Source: a virus (lineage: Duplodnaviria; Heunggongvirae; Uroviricota; Caudoviricetes). From it: 51,075 bases of DNA. The stretch spans positions 1-51,075 of the IMG/VR virus record IMGVR_UViG_2872698443_000004, one strand, 5' to 3'. The notes below the pieces were generated by a model. It was not told the DNA's origin, did no database searches, and saw only the letters and a list, made by a program, of their open reading frames with translations. The position numbers and the translations under genes were made by a program. Of the stretch, positions 8,509 through 17,718 are shown in pieces. How positions within the stretch are numbered: position 1 is the first letter of the stretch; every line of letters begins with the position of its first letter.

Positions 8509-9159
8509 TTAAGGAAGGTTTGCTAGCTTGGCATCAACGACAACGCCAATGATTTTACAGTTCCCATTGATTTCAATCATTGGGTATTGTGGATTGAGTG
8601 GTTTCAGGAATTTTCTCCCGGCATCAATAACTAACTTTTTGAATGTCGCCTCGTTTTCTCCTTCAAGTTTGGCGACTACCAGCTTTCCATTACGTGGTTC
8701 GACTTCTGGGTCGACGAGAATAATCATCCCCTCAGGAATACTCAGTCCTGCCGGGGCAGTCATTGAGTCGCCTTTAACGTCGAGCCAAAAAGAGTCTTCA
8801 GAACAATCTACCGTTGTGTCGTACCAGTTATCTATTGCACGCCTATGATATGGCTCTACAGCTTCCATCCAACATCCTGCGCTTACCCAACTAATTAGAG
8901 GATACGAACCTCTTGGATCATGCCTGCTGTGATAGGCAATGTTTGAAAGACTATCCTCTCCTTTCAACAGGTAATCAGGGGAGCACTGCAAAGCCTTGGC
9001 TAAGGCCAATAGGTTTTCGCCATTGGGCTCAGTTTCAGATCGCTCCCATTGGGAAATAGCAACATTAGACACGCCAACCATCTTGCCAAGGGCAGCCTGC
9101 CTAATCTTGAGTTCTTTTCTGCGAGCGCGAATACGCTCACCCATCAGTTGTGTATTCAT
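8509..9159 (-). CDS. cI: CI repressor (HTH + S24 LexA-like autopeptidase)
   Basis: N-terminal XRE-type HTH; Ala-Gly cleavage site (VSAGCW); GDSM and VVAKL catalytic motifs; divergent from cro. Confidence 0.85.
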   Translation of the reverse strand: MNTQLMGERIRARRKELKIRQAALGKMVGVSNVAISQWERSETEPNGENLLALAKALQCSPDYLLKGEDSLSNIAYHSRHDPRGSYPLISWVSAGCWMEAVEPYHRRAIDNWYDTTVDCSEDSFWLDVKGDSMTAPAGLSIPEGMIILVDPEVEPRNGKLVVAKLEGENEATFKKLVIDAGRKFLKPLNPQYPMIEINGNCKIIGVVVDAKLANLP

Positions 9160-9239
9160 AGTTAAGACATCTTAAATAAACTTGACTTAAGATTCCTTTG
9201 GTGGATAATTTAAGTGTTCTTTAATTTCGGAGCGAGTCT
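9160..9239. promoter_or_regulatory. OR operators with divergent PR/PRM
   Basis: PR -35 TTGACT (9182-9187), 16-nt spacer, -10 GATAAT (9204-9209); palindrome TTAAGACATCTTAA (9162-9175) and related site around 9209-9224. Confidence 0.6.
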
Positions 9240-9425
9240 ATGTACAAAAAAGATGTTATTGACCACTTCGGAACCCAGCGTGCTGTTGCTAAAGCACTAG
9301 GCATTAGCGATGCAGCAGTCTCTCAGTGGAAAGAAGTTATCCCAGAGAAAGACGCCTATCGATTGGAAATCGTTACAGCTGGCGCCCTGAAGTATCAAGA
9401 AAGTGCTTACCGCCAAGCGGCATAA
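9240..9425 (+). CDS. cro: Cro repressor
   Basis: 61 aa, HTH QRAVAKALGISDAAVSQW; divergent from cI. Confidence 0.8.
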   Translation: MYKKDVIDHFGTQRAVAKALGISDAAVSQWKEVIPEKDAYRLEIVTAGALKYQESAYRQAA

Positions 9426-9432
9426 GCAAATT

Positions 9433-9473
9433 GCTCTTTAACAGTTCTGGCCTTTCACCTCTAACCGGGTGAG
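9433..9473 (+). promoter_or_regulatory. nutR (boxA 9433-9443, boxB hairpin 9454-9473)
   Basis: GCTCTTTAACA followed by hairpin UCACC-UCUAACC-GGUGA just after cro. Confidence 0.6.
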
Positions 9474-9540
9474 CAAACATCAGCGGCAAATCCATTGGGT
9501 GTGCCGCTATAACTCAATATCAATATAGGAAAATTAACAA

Positions 9541-9837
9541 ATGGCACAAGCAAGCTACAGCAAGCCAACACAGCGAGAAATTGATCGCGCTGAAACTGAT
9601 TTACTCATCAACCTGTCAACGCTTACCCAGCGCGGTCTGGCAAAGATGATTGGCTGTCATGAATCGAAGATAAGCAGAACGGACTGGAGATTTATTGCTT
9701 CGGTCTTGTGTGCTTTCGGAATGGCATCAGACATCAGTCCGATTAGCAGGGCTTTTAAGTATGCGCTTGATGAAATCACAAAGAAAAAATCCCCGGCCGC
9801 CACCGAGGATTTTAAGCAAATTGATATGCAATTCTGA
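9541..9837 (+). CDS. cII: CII-like transcriptional activator
   Basis: 98 aa; C-terminus KKKSPAATEDFKQIDMQF parallels lambda CII; HTH in middle. Confidence 0.75.
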   Translation: MAQASYSKPTQREIDRAETDLLINLSTLTQRGLAKMIGCHESKISRTDWRFIASVLCAFGMASDISPISRAFKYALDEITKKKSPAATEDFKQIDMQF

Positions 9838-9869
9838 GGGAATTACTGGATCAATCCACAGGAGTAATT

Positions 9870-10031
9870 ATGACAAAACGTCGTAAGAAATACCAGGAAA
9901 AAGAAGAGATTCGACACCCTGATTCACCTGAGGGATTAGTGGTAGCCGCAGCAAATAACAGGGCGTTCGCAGAGCGCCTTGTTGGTGTTTACAGACTAGC
10001 CAAAGCAGGAGTGAAACATGGGCGTCGTTAA
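9870..10031 (+). CDS. Small basic hypothetical protein (53 aa)
   Basis: AGGAG SD; stop overlaps start region of O; below ORF-track size cutoff. Confidence 0.4.
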   Translation: MTKRRKKYQEKEEIRHPDSPEGLVVAAANNRAFAERLVGVYRLAKAGVKHGRR

Positions 10032-10839
10032 GTTAGCTGATTACAGGCCTCAACTGGAGGTCGTGGAGCATCGCGTGGCAGATACCGAAGATGGTTTCAT
10101 GCGCGTTGCTAACGAGATTACCGACAGTCTGCTGATGGCTGATTTAACCGTCCGGCAGTTGAAGGTGATGCTCGCTATCATGCGCAAGACATACGGATTC
10201 AATAAGCCGATGGATCGACTCACAAACACGCAGATAGCAGCCATGACAGGTATTCATCACACTCATGTTTGCGCTGCCAAGCGCCAGCTTATTGAGCGTA
10301 AATTCCTCATTGCTGATGGCGTGAAAATCGGAGTGAACAAGGTGGTTTCTCAGTGGATTAGCCAGGACAGCTTAACATTAGCCAAAACAGCTAATAAAAC
10401 ATTAGCCAAGTCAGCTAATGGGTATAAGCCAAGTCAGCTAAACACAAAAGACAATATACAAAAGACAATAAATACAAATACCCCCTTACCCCCTAACGGG
10501 GGCGGCGATGGGCAGGTTAAACCTGAACGTCGCAAGGCAGAACGCATCGACTACGAATCCTTCCTGAACGCCTACAACACCGAAGTCGGTGACAGGCTGC
10601 CACACGCTGTTGCGGTCAACGAGAAACGCAAACGTCGCCTGAAGAAAATCATCCCGCAACTGAAAACGCCAAACGTGGACGGTTTCAGAGCGTATGTCAG
10701 GGCGTTTGTACATCAGGCCAAGCCGTTTTACTTCGGAGACAACGACACGGGCTGGACGGCCGATTTTGATTACCTGCTGAGGGAAGACTCGTTAACGGGA
10801 GTTCGGGAAGGGAAGTTTGCAGACAGGGGGATTGCATGA
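10018..10839 (+). CDS. O: Replication initiation protein O-like
   Basis: 273 aa; position after cII; iteron array inside its coding sequence; followed by helicase. Confidence 0.7.
   Translation: MGVVKLADYRPQLEVVEHRVADTEDGFMRVANEITDSLLMADLTVRQLKVMLAIMRKTYGFNKPMDRLTNTQIAAMTGIHHTHVCAAKRQLIERKFLIADGVKIGVNKVVSQWISQDSLTLAKTANKTLAKSANGYKPSQLNTKDNIQKTINTNTPLPPNGGGDGQVKPERRKAERIDYESFLNAYNTEVGDRLPHAVAVNEKRKRRLKKIIPQLKTPNVDGFRAYVRAFVHQAKPFYFGDNDTGWTADFDYLLREDSLTGVREGKFADRGIA
10355..10485 (+). repeat. Origin iterons plus A-rich tract within O
   Basis: Four tandem ~18-20 bp repeats (TTAGCCAGGACAGCTTAA / TTAGCCAAAACAGCTAA / TTAGCCAAGTCAGCTAA / TAAGCCAAGTCAGCTAA) then A-rich 10441-10485. Confidence 0.6.
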
Positions 10840-12212
10840 GACAGGATATCGAAGCGAGCGTTATCGGTGGCCTGCTGATTGGTGGATTAACACCAACCGC
10901 CAGCGACGTTCTGGCAACGCTGGAGCCGGAGGCGTTTTCAATTCCGCTCTACAGAAAAGCCTTCGAGGTTATCCGGAAGCAGGCGCGAAACAGAAACCTC
11001 ATTGACGCGCTGATGGTTGCCGAGGAGTGCGGAGAGGAGCATTTCACGTCAATCCTGATGACCAGCAAAAACTGCCCGAGTGCCGCAAACCTGAAGGGAT
11101 ATGCCGGAATGGTCGCGGATAACTATCACCGCCGTCTGGTGCTGGAAATCATGGATGAAATGCGTGAACCAATTCAGAGCGGAACCATCGACGCATCGAG
11201 TCAGGCGATGGATGAGCTTGTAAAGCGTCTCTCAGCCATCAGAAAGCCCCGTGACGAGGTTAAACCTGTACGGTTAGGGGAAATCATCACTGACTACACC
11301 GACACGCTTGACAGGCGTCTGAGGAACGGAGAAGAGTCAGATACCCTGAAGACCGGAATCGAAGAACTTGACGCCATCACCGGAGGGATGAACGCAGAAG
11401 ACCTTGTGATAATCGCTGCTCGTCCTGGTATGGGGAAAACCGAACTGGCGCTGAAGATTTCCGAAGGCGTTGCAAGCCGCGTTATTCCTGGTTCTGACGT
11501 CCGGCGCGGGGTATTGATTTTCTCAATGGAAATGAGCGCATTGCAGATTGCAGAGCGAAGCATTGCCAACGCCGGGAGGATGTCGGTTAGTGTGCTGCGA
11601 AATCCTGCAGCGATGGATGACGAAGGCTGGGCACGTGTTGCTAACGGCATGAGTCAGCTTGCAGATTTGGATGTATGGGTTGTCGATGCCTCGCGGTTAT
11701 CGGTCGAAGAAATACGCTCAATCGCAGAACGGCACAAACAGGAAAACCCAAACCTGTCACTCATCATGGCGGATTATCTTGGCCTGATTGAGAAGCCGAA
11801 AGCAGACCGCAACGACCTTGCAATTGCTCACATCTCCGGAAGCCTGAAGGCGATGGCGAAGGACCTGAAAACGCCTGTTATCTCCCTGAGTCAGCTTTCG
11901 CGCGATGTTGAGAAGCGACCAAACAAACGCCCGACAAACGCAGATTTGCGTGATTCAGGAAGCATTGAACAGGACGCAGACTCAATCATCATGCTCTATC
12001 GGGAAGCGGTATATGACGAGAACAGTAGCGCCGCGCCATTTGCTGAAATCATCGTGACGAAAAACCGTTTTGGCTCGCTTGGTACGGTTTACCAGCGGTT
12101 CTGTAACGGACACTTTGTTGCATGTAACCAGGATGAAGCCAGACAGATTTGCACAGCATCAAATGCACCTGCTGCGCGTGGCAGACGATATGCACAAGGG
12201 GCGGACGTATGA
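10836..12212 (+). CDS. Replicative DNA helicase (DnaB family)
   Basis: 458 aa; Walker A (ARPGMGKTE), DnaB-type motifs; start overlaps O stop. Confidence 0.85.
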   Translation: MRQDIEASVIGGLLIGGLTPTASDVLATLEPEAFSIPLYRKAFEVIRKQARNRNLIDALMVAEECGEEHFTSILMTSKNCPSAANLKGYAGMVADNYHRRLVLEIMDEMREPIQSGTIDASSQAMDELVKRLSAIRKPRDEVKPVRLGEIITDYTDTLDRRLRNGEESDTLKTGIEELDAITGGMNAEDLVIIAARPGMGKTELALKISEGVASRVIPGSDVRRGVLIFSMEMSALQIAERSIANAGRMSVSVLRNPAAMDDEGWARVANGMSQLADLDVWVVDASRLSVEEIRSIAERHKQENPNLSLIMADYLGLIEKPKADRNDLAIAHISGSLKAMAKDLKTPVISLSQLSRDVEKRPNKRPTNADLRDSGSIEQDADSIIMLYREAVYDENSSAAPFAEIIVTKNRFGSLGTVYQRFCNGHFVACNQDEARQICTASNAPAARGRRYAQGADV

Positions 12213-12238
12213 CCATCTACATCACTGAGCTAATAACA

Positions 12239-12266
12239 GGCCTGCTGGTAATCGCAGGCCTTTTTA
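12239..12266 (+). terminator. Rho-independent terminator after helicase (tR2-like)
   Basis: GGCCTGC-TGGTAATC-GCAGGCC hairpin followed by TTTTT. Confidence 0.55.
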
Positions 12267-12607
12267 TTTGGGGGAGAGGGAATTGTGGCTGACTGGTAAA
12301 TTCCAATCATCATTCTTGCCGGAGCTTCGCTGGTTTCTGGCTTTATCCTGCTGAAAAAGCATAAAGACCGTGATCAAAAAGTCGAAGTTCTCTATGGGTA
12401 TCCAGCGAACAGCACAACATGGCTGACCATTTACCACTACCGAAAATCAGGACGCTGGGTATTCGAATGGGATGATCTGTTCGCTGAAAAGCGACCAAAG
12501 TCATGGGGAGACATCAGCGAATGCATGATGTTTGAAGAAAGAAAATCCGGCGCAACCCGAGAAGAGTTTAACGAAGCGTGGGCGCGATTAAGTGAGAGAG
12601 GGTATTT

Positions 12608-12808
12608 GTGAGCAAGTACGAAAAATTAGATCAAAACATTCTTTCAATGCTGAGTGAAAGACCAACACCTGTTTTTGATATCTGGCTTAAATGGCGGAGC
12701 AATGGAATGTATATCGAAACCATCGATCGCCGTATGCAATACCTGAGAAAGAAAGGGCTTGTTGCAAATGTGCGTGGGAAGGGTTGGGTGAAAATTAACC
12801 TGTCATAA
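12608..12808 (+). CDS. Hypothetical small protein
   Basis: 66 aa, GTG start. Confidence 0.4.
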   Translation: MSKYEKLDQNILSMLSERPTPVFDIWLKWRSNGMYIETIDRRMQYLRKKGLVANVRGKGWVKINLS

Positions 12809-12819
12809 CGGGGATTGAT

Positions 12820-13092
12820 ATGGACGAATCAAGAAAGCAGTTTTTGGAGTTCGCGAAAAAGCAAAATTTAAGCCTTGCATATGGTGATTGCGGGTATGTT
12901 TATTCATCCACGGAAATGGCATGGAGGGCATGGCAGGCATCTCGCGCAGCTATCGAGATTGAGTGTCCTGGAAAAAGAGAGCGTGAGGCATTTTCTACCG
13001 ATTTCGAGGATGGGGTCACATTTGGTTATAACGACGCAATTAGTGAATGCGAAGGACGGATTCGCGCTGCTGGAGTCAAAGTGAAGGAGTAA
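12820..13092 (+). CDS. Hypothetical nin-region protein
   Basis: 90 aa ORF. Confidence 0.45.
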   Translation: MDESRKQFLEFAKKQNLSLAYGDCGYVYSSTEMAWRAWQASRAAIEIECPGKREREAFSTDFEDGVTFGYNDAISECEGRIRAAGVKVKE

Positions 13093-13094
13093 CG

Positions 13095-13541
13095 ATGAAG
13101 CAAATATACATGCTTCGCAACGAAGAAATCAGAAACAACGCCATAGACGCAATACTCTCACTTCCCATCGACGACAAGTCACCTCACGAAGTCCACGTTA
13201 GAGAACCCAAACGCAGCAAAGCGCAGAATGACCGTATGTGGCCGATGCTGAACGATGTTTCGCGTCAGGTGCTATGGCATGGTCAACGGCTGGCACCGGA
13301 AGACTGGAAAGACCTGTTCACTGCCCTGTGGCTTAAGACCAAAAAACTGGAGCAACGAAGTGTGCCTGGTATCGACGGTGGCGTTGTCATGCTTGGCGTG
13401 CGTACCAGCAAAATGCGAAAGGCCAGCATGACTGAGCTTATCGAAATCATGTTCTGGTTCGGCTCAGAGCGCAACGTGCGGTGGAGTGATGACTCCCGGC
13501 GAGAGTATGAATGGTCACAACGAAAAGGTAGGGCTGCATGA
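13095..13541 (+). CDS. ninB: NinB recombination protein
   Basis: Start trimmed to ATG 13095 with AAGGAG SD; DQN...DVSRQV.WHG...KWSD motifs as recalled for lambda NinB. Confidence 0.8.
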   Translation: MKQIYMLRNEEIRNNAIDAILSLPIDDKSPHEVHVREPKRSKAQNDRMWPMLNDVSRQVLWHGQRLAPEDWKDLFTALWLKTKKLEQRSVPGIDGGVVMLGVRTSKMRKASMTELIEIMFWFGSERNVRWSDDSRREYEWSQRKGRAA

Positions 13542-14065
13542 CTATCAAATCAAATACGCCAGCACACGACAAGGACTGCTGGCAAACGCCGCTTTGGCTT
13601 TTTGATGCACTGGATATTGAGTTTGGATTCTGGCTGGATTCGGCAGCGAGCGACAAAAATGCTCTGTGCGCTCACTGGTTAACTGAGGCCGACGACGCGC
13701 TCAATTCTGAGTGGGTAAGCCACGGTGCAATATGGAATAACCCACCGTACAGCAATATCAGGCCGTGGGTGGAAAAAGCCGCTGAGCAGTGCATACAACA
13801 GCGACAGACGGTAGTTATGCTTGTGCCAGAGGATATGTCAGTCGGATGGTTCAGCAAGGCTCTGGAGAGTGTCGACGAAGTTCGCATTATCACTGATGGA
13901 CGGATTAATTTTATCGAACCATCGACAGGGCTGGAGAAGAAGGGAAACAGCAAAGGCTCCATGCTGCTGATTTGGCGACCGTTCATCAGTCCTCGACGGA
14001 TGTTTACTACCGTATCCAAAGCGGCATTGATGGCGATCGGGCAGGGCGTCAGGAGGGCGGCATGA
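13538..14065 (+). CDS. Phage DNA N6-adenine methyltransferase
   Basis: NPPY catalytic motif ([10 protein letters not shown]); 175 aa; nin region. Confidence 0.8.
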   Translation: MTIKSNTPAHDKDCWQTPLWLFDALDIEFGFWLDSAASDKNALCAHWLTEADDALNSEWVSHGAIWNNPPYSNIRPWVEKAAEQCIQQRQTVVMLVPEDMSVGWFSKALESVDEVRIITDGRINFIEPSTGLEKKGNSKGSMLLIWRPFISPRRMFTTVSKAALMAIGQGVRRAA

Positions 14066-14244
14066 GGCGACAGCGACGAAGTATCACCGACATAATCTGC
14101 GAAAACTGCAAATACCTTCCAACGAAACGCTCCAGAAATAAACGCAAGCCAATCCCAAAAGAATCTGACGTAAAAACCTTCAATTACACAGCTCACCTGT
14201 GGGATATCCGGTGGCTAAGACATCGTGCGAGGAATACAAGGTGA
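14062..14244 (+). CDS. ninE: NinE protein
   Basis: [20 protein letters not shown]... matches recalled lambda NinE; ATGA overlap with upstream stop. Confidence 0.75.
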   Translation: MRRQRRSITDIICENCKYLPTKRSRNKRKPIPKESDVKTFNYTAHLWDIRWLRHRARNTR

Positions 14245-14411
14245 TTGACCCAAATCGAAGTTACGAACAAGAAAGCGTCGAGCGGGCTTTAACGTGCGCT
14301 AATTGCGGTCAGAAGCTGCATGTGCTGGAAGTTCACGTATGTGAGCACTGCTGCGCAGAACTGATGAGCGATCCGAATAGCTCAATGTACGAGGAAGAAG
14401 ACGATGAATGA
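14241..14411 (+). CDS. ninF: NinF protein
   Basis: GTG start with GAGGAA SD; [28 protein letters not shown] matches recalled lambda NinF. Confidence 0.7.
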   Translation: MIDPNRSYEQESVERALTCANCGQKLHVLEVHVCEHCCAELMSDPNSSMYEEEDDE

Positions 14412-15126
14412 GTTAATAAATGGCAATGCCATAAAAATGACAAGCATTGAAATCGCTGAGTTGGTTGGTAAGCGTCATGACAATGTGAAACGTACCATCG
14501 AAACGCTGGCTAAAAATGGTGTTATCCGGCTTCCTCAAATTGAGGATTGTGGAAGAATCAATGGGTTAGGCTTAAATCAAAGTTTTTGTGTGTATGTATT
14601 CGAAGGCGAACAAGGAAAGCGAGACAGTATTGTCGTTGTAGCCCAGTTGTCGCCGGAATTCACGGCTCGCCTTGTTGACCGTTGGCGAGAGCTTGAAGAA
14701 GCTGCGGTTAATATCCCAAAAACGCTACCAGAAGCGTTGCGCCTTGCTGCTGATCTTGCTGAGCAGAAAATGCAACTGGAAAACCAGCTCGCAATTGCCG
14801 CACCTAAAGTTGAGTTTGCCGATCGCGTTGGCGAGGCCAGCGGAATTTTGATTGGAAACTTTGCAAAGGTTGTCGGTATTGGTCCAAACAAACTGTTTGC
14901 GTGGATGCGCGATCACAAAATCCTTATTGCTTCAGGTTCCCGGCGAAATGTGCCAATGCAGGAATATATGGAGCGCGGCTATTTCACAGTGAAAGAAACA
15001 GCGGTCAACACAAATCACGGAATACAGATATCGTTCACCACAAAAATCACCGGGCGTGGTCAACAGTGGCTGACCAGAAAGCTGCTCGATAACGGAATGC
15101 TGAAAGTAACAGGTGAGGCTGCTTAA
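14404..15126 (+). CDS. Rha-family regulator / KilA-C antirepressor-like protein
   Basis: N-terminal TSIEIAELVGKRHDNVKRTIE (Rha-type), C-terminal antirepressor-like domain; 240 aa. Confidence 0.65.
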   Translation: MNELINGNAIKMTSIEIAELVGKRHDNVKRTIETLAKNGVIRLPQIEDCGRINGLGLNQSFCVYVFEGEQGKRDSIVVVAQLSPEFTARLVDRWRELEEAAVNIPKTLPEALRLAADLAEQKMQLENQLAIAAPKVEFADRVGEASGILIGNFAKVVGIGPNKLFAWMRDHKILIASGSRRNVPMQEYMERGYFTVKETAVNTNHGIQISFTTKITGRGQQWLTRKLLDNGMLKVTGEAA

Positions 15127-15416
15127 TGGCTAATCTACGCAAAGAAGCACGCGGCAGAGAATGCCAGGTACGTATTTACGGCGTATGCAATGGCAACCCT
15201 GAAACTACAGTTCTGGCACATTACCGGATGGCTGGAATTTGCGGAACGGGAATGAAACCTGACGACCTGATCGGAGCATGGGCTTGTAGCGCGTGTCACG
15301 ATGAAATCGACCGACGCACCCATAACCTCGACAACAAAGACGCCAGACTTTACCACCTCGAAGGCGTGATCAGGACGCAGGCGATACTGCTGGAGGAGGG
15401 GAAGATTAAGCCATGA
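15126..15416 (+). CDS. YbcO-like (DUF1364) nin-region protein
   Basis: 96 aa with conserved Cys/His; directly upstream of rusA as in DLP12. Confidence 0.55.
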   Translation: MANLRKEARGRECQVRIYGVCNGNPETTVLAHYRMAGICGTGMKPDDLIGAWACSACHDEIDRRTHNLDNKDARLYHLEGVIRTQAILLEEGKIKP

Positions 15417-15775
15417 ACGAATATCAGTTTGTGCTTCCATACCCGCCGTCGGTGAACACCTACTGGCGAAGACGGGGAAGCCAATACTACATCAGCGATA
15501 AAGGCCAGAAATACCGAAAAGACGTTCAGCAAATCATCCGCCAACTCAAGTTAGACATTTTCACCAAATCACGACTCCGCATCAAAGTCATCGCAGACGT
15601 TCCAGACTCCCGCCGCCGCGACCTCGACAACATCCTGAAAGGTTTACTCGACTCCCTTATCCACGCCGGATTTGCGGAAGACGACGAGCAATTCGATGAC
15701 ATTCGCGTAATTCGTGGTGTGAAAGTACCAGGCGGACGGCTTGGAATAAAAATCACCGAACTGGAGAACGCATGA
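15413..15775 (+). CDS. rusA: RusA Holliday junction resolvase
   Basis: 120 aa; PPSVNTYWRRR and RRRDLDN catalytic motifs. Confidence 0.85.
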   Translation: MNEYQFVLPYPPSVNTYWRRRGSQYYISDKGQKYRKDVQQIIRQLKLDIFTKSRLRIKVIADVPDSRRRDLDNILKGLLDSLIHAGFAEDDEQFDDIRVIRGVKVPGGRLGIKITELENA

Positions 15776-15960
15776 ACGCCACAATTCAAACGATACCAGA
15801 GCTTCTTATCCAGACACGAGGCAATCAGACCGAAGTGGCGAGGATGCTTTCCTGCGCAAGAGGAACAGTGCTCAAGTACAACCGAGACAGCAAAGGCGAT
15901 CGTCACGTAATAGTTAACGGCGTCCTGATGGTCAAACAGGGAAAGAGGGGAAGACGATGA
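15772..15960 (+). CDS. ninH: NinH-like protein
   Basis: 62 aa; GNQTEVARMLSCARGTVLKY HTH resembling lambda NinH. Confidence 0.6.
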   Translation: MNATIQTIPELLIQTRGNQTEVARMLSCARGTVLKYNRDSKGDRHVIVNGVLMVKQGKRGRR

Positions 15961-16445
15961 GCATAAGAGAACTAAACCTCACCAAAGAGCAGCACGAGTG
16001 GCTGAATGGCTGGCTTGAACTGTGGGGAGCATGGGTTTATTCAGGCCGCCTGGAAAAGCGCATGAGCAGCGTAATAGCGAAGTTCATGGAGAGCGTAGAG
16101 CCGGGAAGAGTTATGACAAGGCCAATGTGTAATGATGATGATGGAATGTTGATTTCTCAGGTCGTCGATTCCGTCATGTACATTGACAAGAAAGCCTTTG
16201 GCATCCTCCTCAGCTACTACGCTCATGGATCTTCCAAGCATGCCATTGCATCTTACTATCATCGTGTCGCAAGACCTCGCAAGATGTTATGCCGGGGCGG
16301 CGGGCGTATTCAAAAACCATCGCTCGCAACCTGTCGCCGGGAAGTTGACGAAATCCTCAATGCTTCGTTGTTTATGATTTACCCGGTTCTGGATAGTGCG
16401 TTTAAAAATCGGAAACGTGTAGAGAAAATTAAACATGTAGCATAG
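15957..16445 (+). CDS. Q: Late-gene antiterminator Q-like protein
   Basis: 162 aa; last gene of nin region, directly upstream of promoter-like element, tRNAs and lysis cassette; not lambda Q. Confidence 0.55.
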   Translation: MSIRELNLTKEQHEWLNGWLELWGAWVYSGRLEKRMSSVIAKFMESVEPGRVMTRPMCNDDDGMLISQVVDSVMYIDKKAFGILLSYYAHGSSKHAIASYYHRVARPRKMLCRGGGRIQKPSLATCRREVDEILNASLFMIYPVLDSAFKNRKRVEKIKHVA

Positions 16446-16448
16446 AAC

Positions 16449-16535
16449 TTGTTGACATCATTGAGCAAATGAGCAACACTATTGGCATAAGCTGCCGTTA
16501 GTGACTCTTAAGTTGCAACGGTGGCTTTTTTTATT
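16449..16535 (+). promoter_or_regulatory. Putative late promoter pR' / qut with downstream terminator-like hairpin
   Basis: -35 TTGACA at 16452-16457; weak -10; imperfect hairpin 16493-16526 followed by TTTTTTT. Confidence 0.4.
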
Positions 16536-16536
16536 T

Positions 16537-16611
16537 GGGTCAGTCGTATAAAGGTCATTACGGAAGGCTGTTAACCTTCTTATCGTGGTTCGAGTCCACG
16601 CTGTCCCGCCA
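16537..16611 (+). tRNA. tRNA, anticodon GUU (Asn) by manual fold
   Basis: 75 nt cloverleaf: acceptor with one mismatch, perfect anticodon stem GAAGG/CCTTC, loop CTGTTAA, T-arm CGTGG-TTCGAGT-CCACG, 3' CCA; D-stem weak. Confidence 0.5.
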
Positions 16612-16616
16612 AATAT

Positions 16617-16692
16617 GCTGGTTTAGCTCCAATGGTAGAGCAGTCGCCTTGTAAGCGAATGGGTAGCGGTTCAAGTCCGTTAACCAGCACCA
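16617..16692 (+). tRNA. tRNA, anticodon UGU (Thr) by manual fold
   Basis: 76 nt: acceptor GCTGGTT/AACCAGC, D-stem GCTC/GAGC, loop CTTGTAA, T-loop TTCAAGT, 3' ACCA. Confidence 0.65.
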
Positions 16693-16934
16693 TAACTGAG
16701 CCGTAGCCACTGGCTATCCTGAATTCATCAGTGATAGTTACGCTGCGGCATTCTACGCATGACCTTCGTGAAAGCGGGTGGCATGAGGTTGCCCTAACAA
16801 CCTCCTGCCGTTTTGCCCGTGCATATCGGTCACGAACAAATCTGATTACTAAACACAGTAGCCTGGATTTGTTCTATCAGTAACCGACCATATTCCTAAT
16901 TAAATAGAGCAAATCCCCTTATTGGGGGTAAGAC

Positions 16935-17258
16935 ATGAAGATGCCAGAAAAACATGACCTGTTAGCCGCCATTCTCGCGGCAAAGGAACAAGGCATCGGG
17001 GCAATCCTTGCGTTTGCAATGGCGTACCTTCGCGGCAGATATAATGGCGGTGCGTTTACAAAAACAGTAATCGACGCAACGATGTGCGCCATTATCGCCT
17101 GGTTCATTCGTGACCTTCTCGACTTCGCCGGACTAAGTAGCAATCTCGCTTATATAACGAGCGTGTTCATCGGCTACATCGGTACTGACTCGATTGGTTC
17201 GCTTATCAAACGCTTCGCTGCTAAAAAAGCCGGAGTAGAAGATGGTAGGAATCAATAA
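16935..17258 (+). CDS. S: Holin S (lambda-type, dual-start MKM)
   Basis: Matches lambda S as recalled; Met1-Lys2-Met3 dual start; hairpin CCCC-TTATT-GGGG just upstream. Confidence 0.9.
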   Translation: MKMPEKHDLLAAILAAKEQGIGAILAFAMAYLRGRYNGGAFTKTVIDATMCAIIAWFIRDLLDFAGLSSNLAYITSVFIGYIGTDSIGSLIKRFAAKKAGVEDGRNQ

Positions 17259-17718
17259 TCAACGTAAGGCGTTCCTCGATATGCTGGCATGGTCAGAGGG
17301 AACTGATAACGGACGTCAGAAAACCAGAAATCATGGTTATGACGTCATTGTAGGAGGAGAGCTATTCACTGATTACTCCGATCACCCTCGCAAACTTGTC
17401 ACGCTAAACCCCAAACTCAAATCAACAGCAGCCGGACGTTATCAGCTTCTTTCCCGTTGGTGGGATGCCTATCGTAAGCAGCTTGGCCTGAAAGACTTCT
17501 CCCCCAAAAGCCAGGACGCAGTGGCATTGCAGCAGATTAAAGAACGTGGCGCTTTACCTATGATTGATCGCGGTGATATCCGTCAGGCAATCGACCGTTG
17601 CAGCAATATCTGGGCTTCACTGCCGGGTGCTGGTTATGGTCAATTCGAGCATAAGGCTGACAGCCTGATTGCAAAATTCAAAGAAGCAGGCGGAACGGTC
17701 AGAGAGATTGATGTATGA
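17242..17718 (+). CDS. R: Endolysin R (lambda-type lytic transglycosylase)
   Basis: 158 aa, matches lambda R as recalled. Confidence 0.9.
   Translation: MVGINNQRKAFLDMLAWSEGTDNGRQKTRNHGYDVIVGGELFTDYSDHPRKLVTLNPKLKSTAAGRYQLLSRWWDAYRKQLGLKDFSPKSQDAVALQQIKERGALPMIDRGDIRQAIDRCSNIWASLPGAGYGQFEHKADSLIAKFKEAGGTVREIDV

Noticed and set aside
12209-12292. 27-codon hydrophobic mini-ORF overlapping the helicase stop and terminator
   Set aside because: Probably a by-product of the terminator hairpin sequence; kept only as context for the start-less ORF finding.
16693-16930. Possible third tRNA or small RNA between the second tRNA and S
   Set aside because: No T-loop-like motif or acceptor pairing was found; only an inverted repeat (GAACAAATC...GATTTGTTC, 16831-16871) and the short hairpin just upstream of S.
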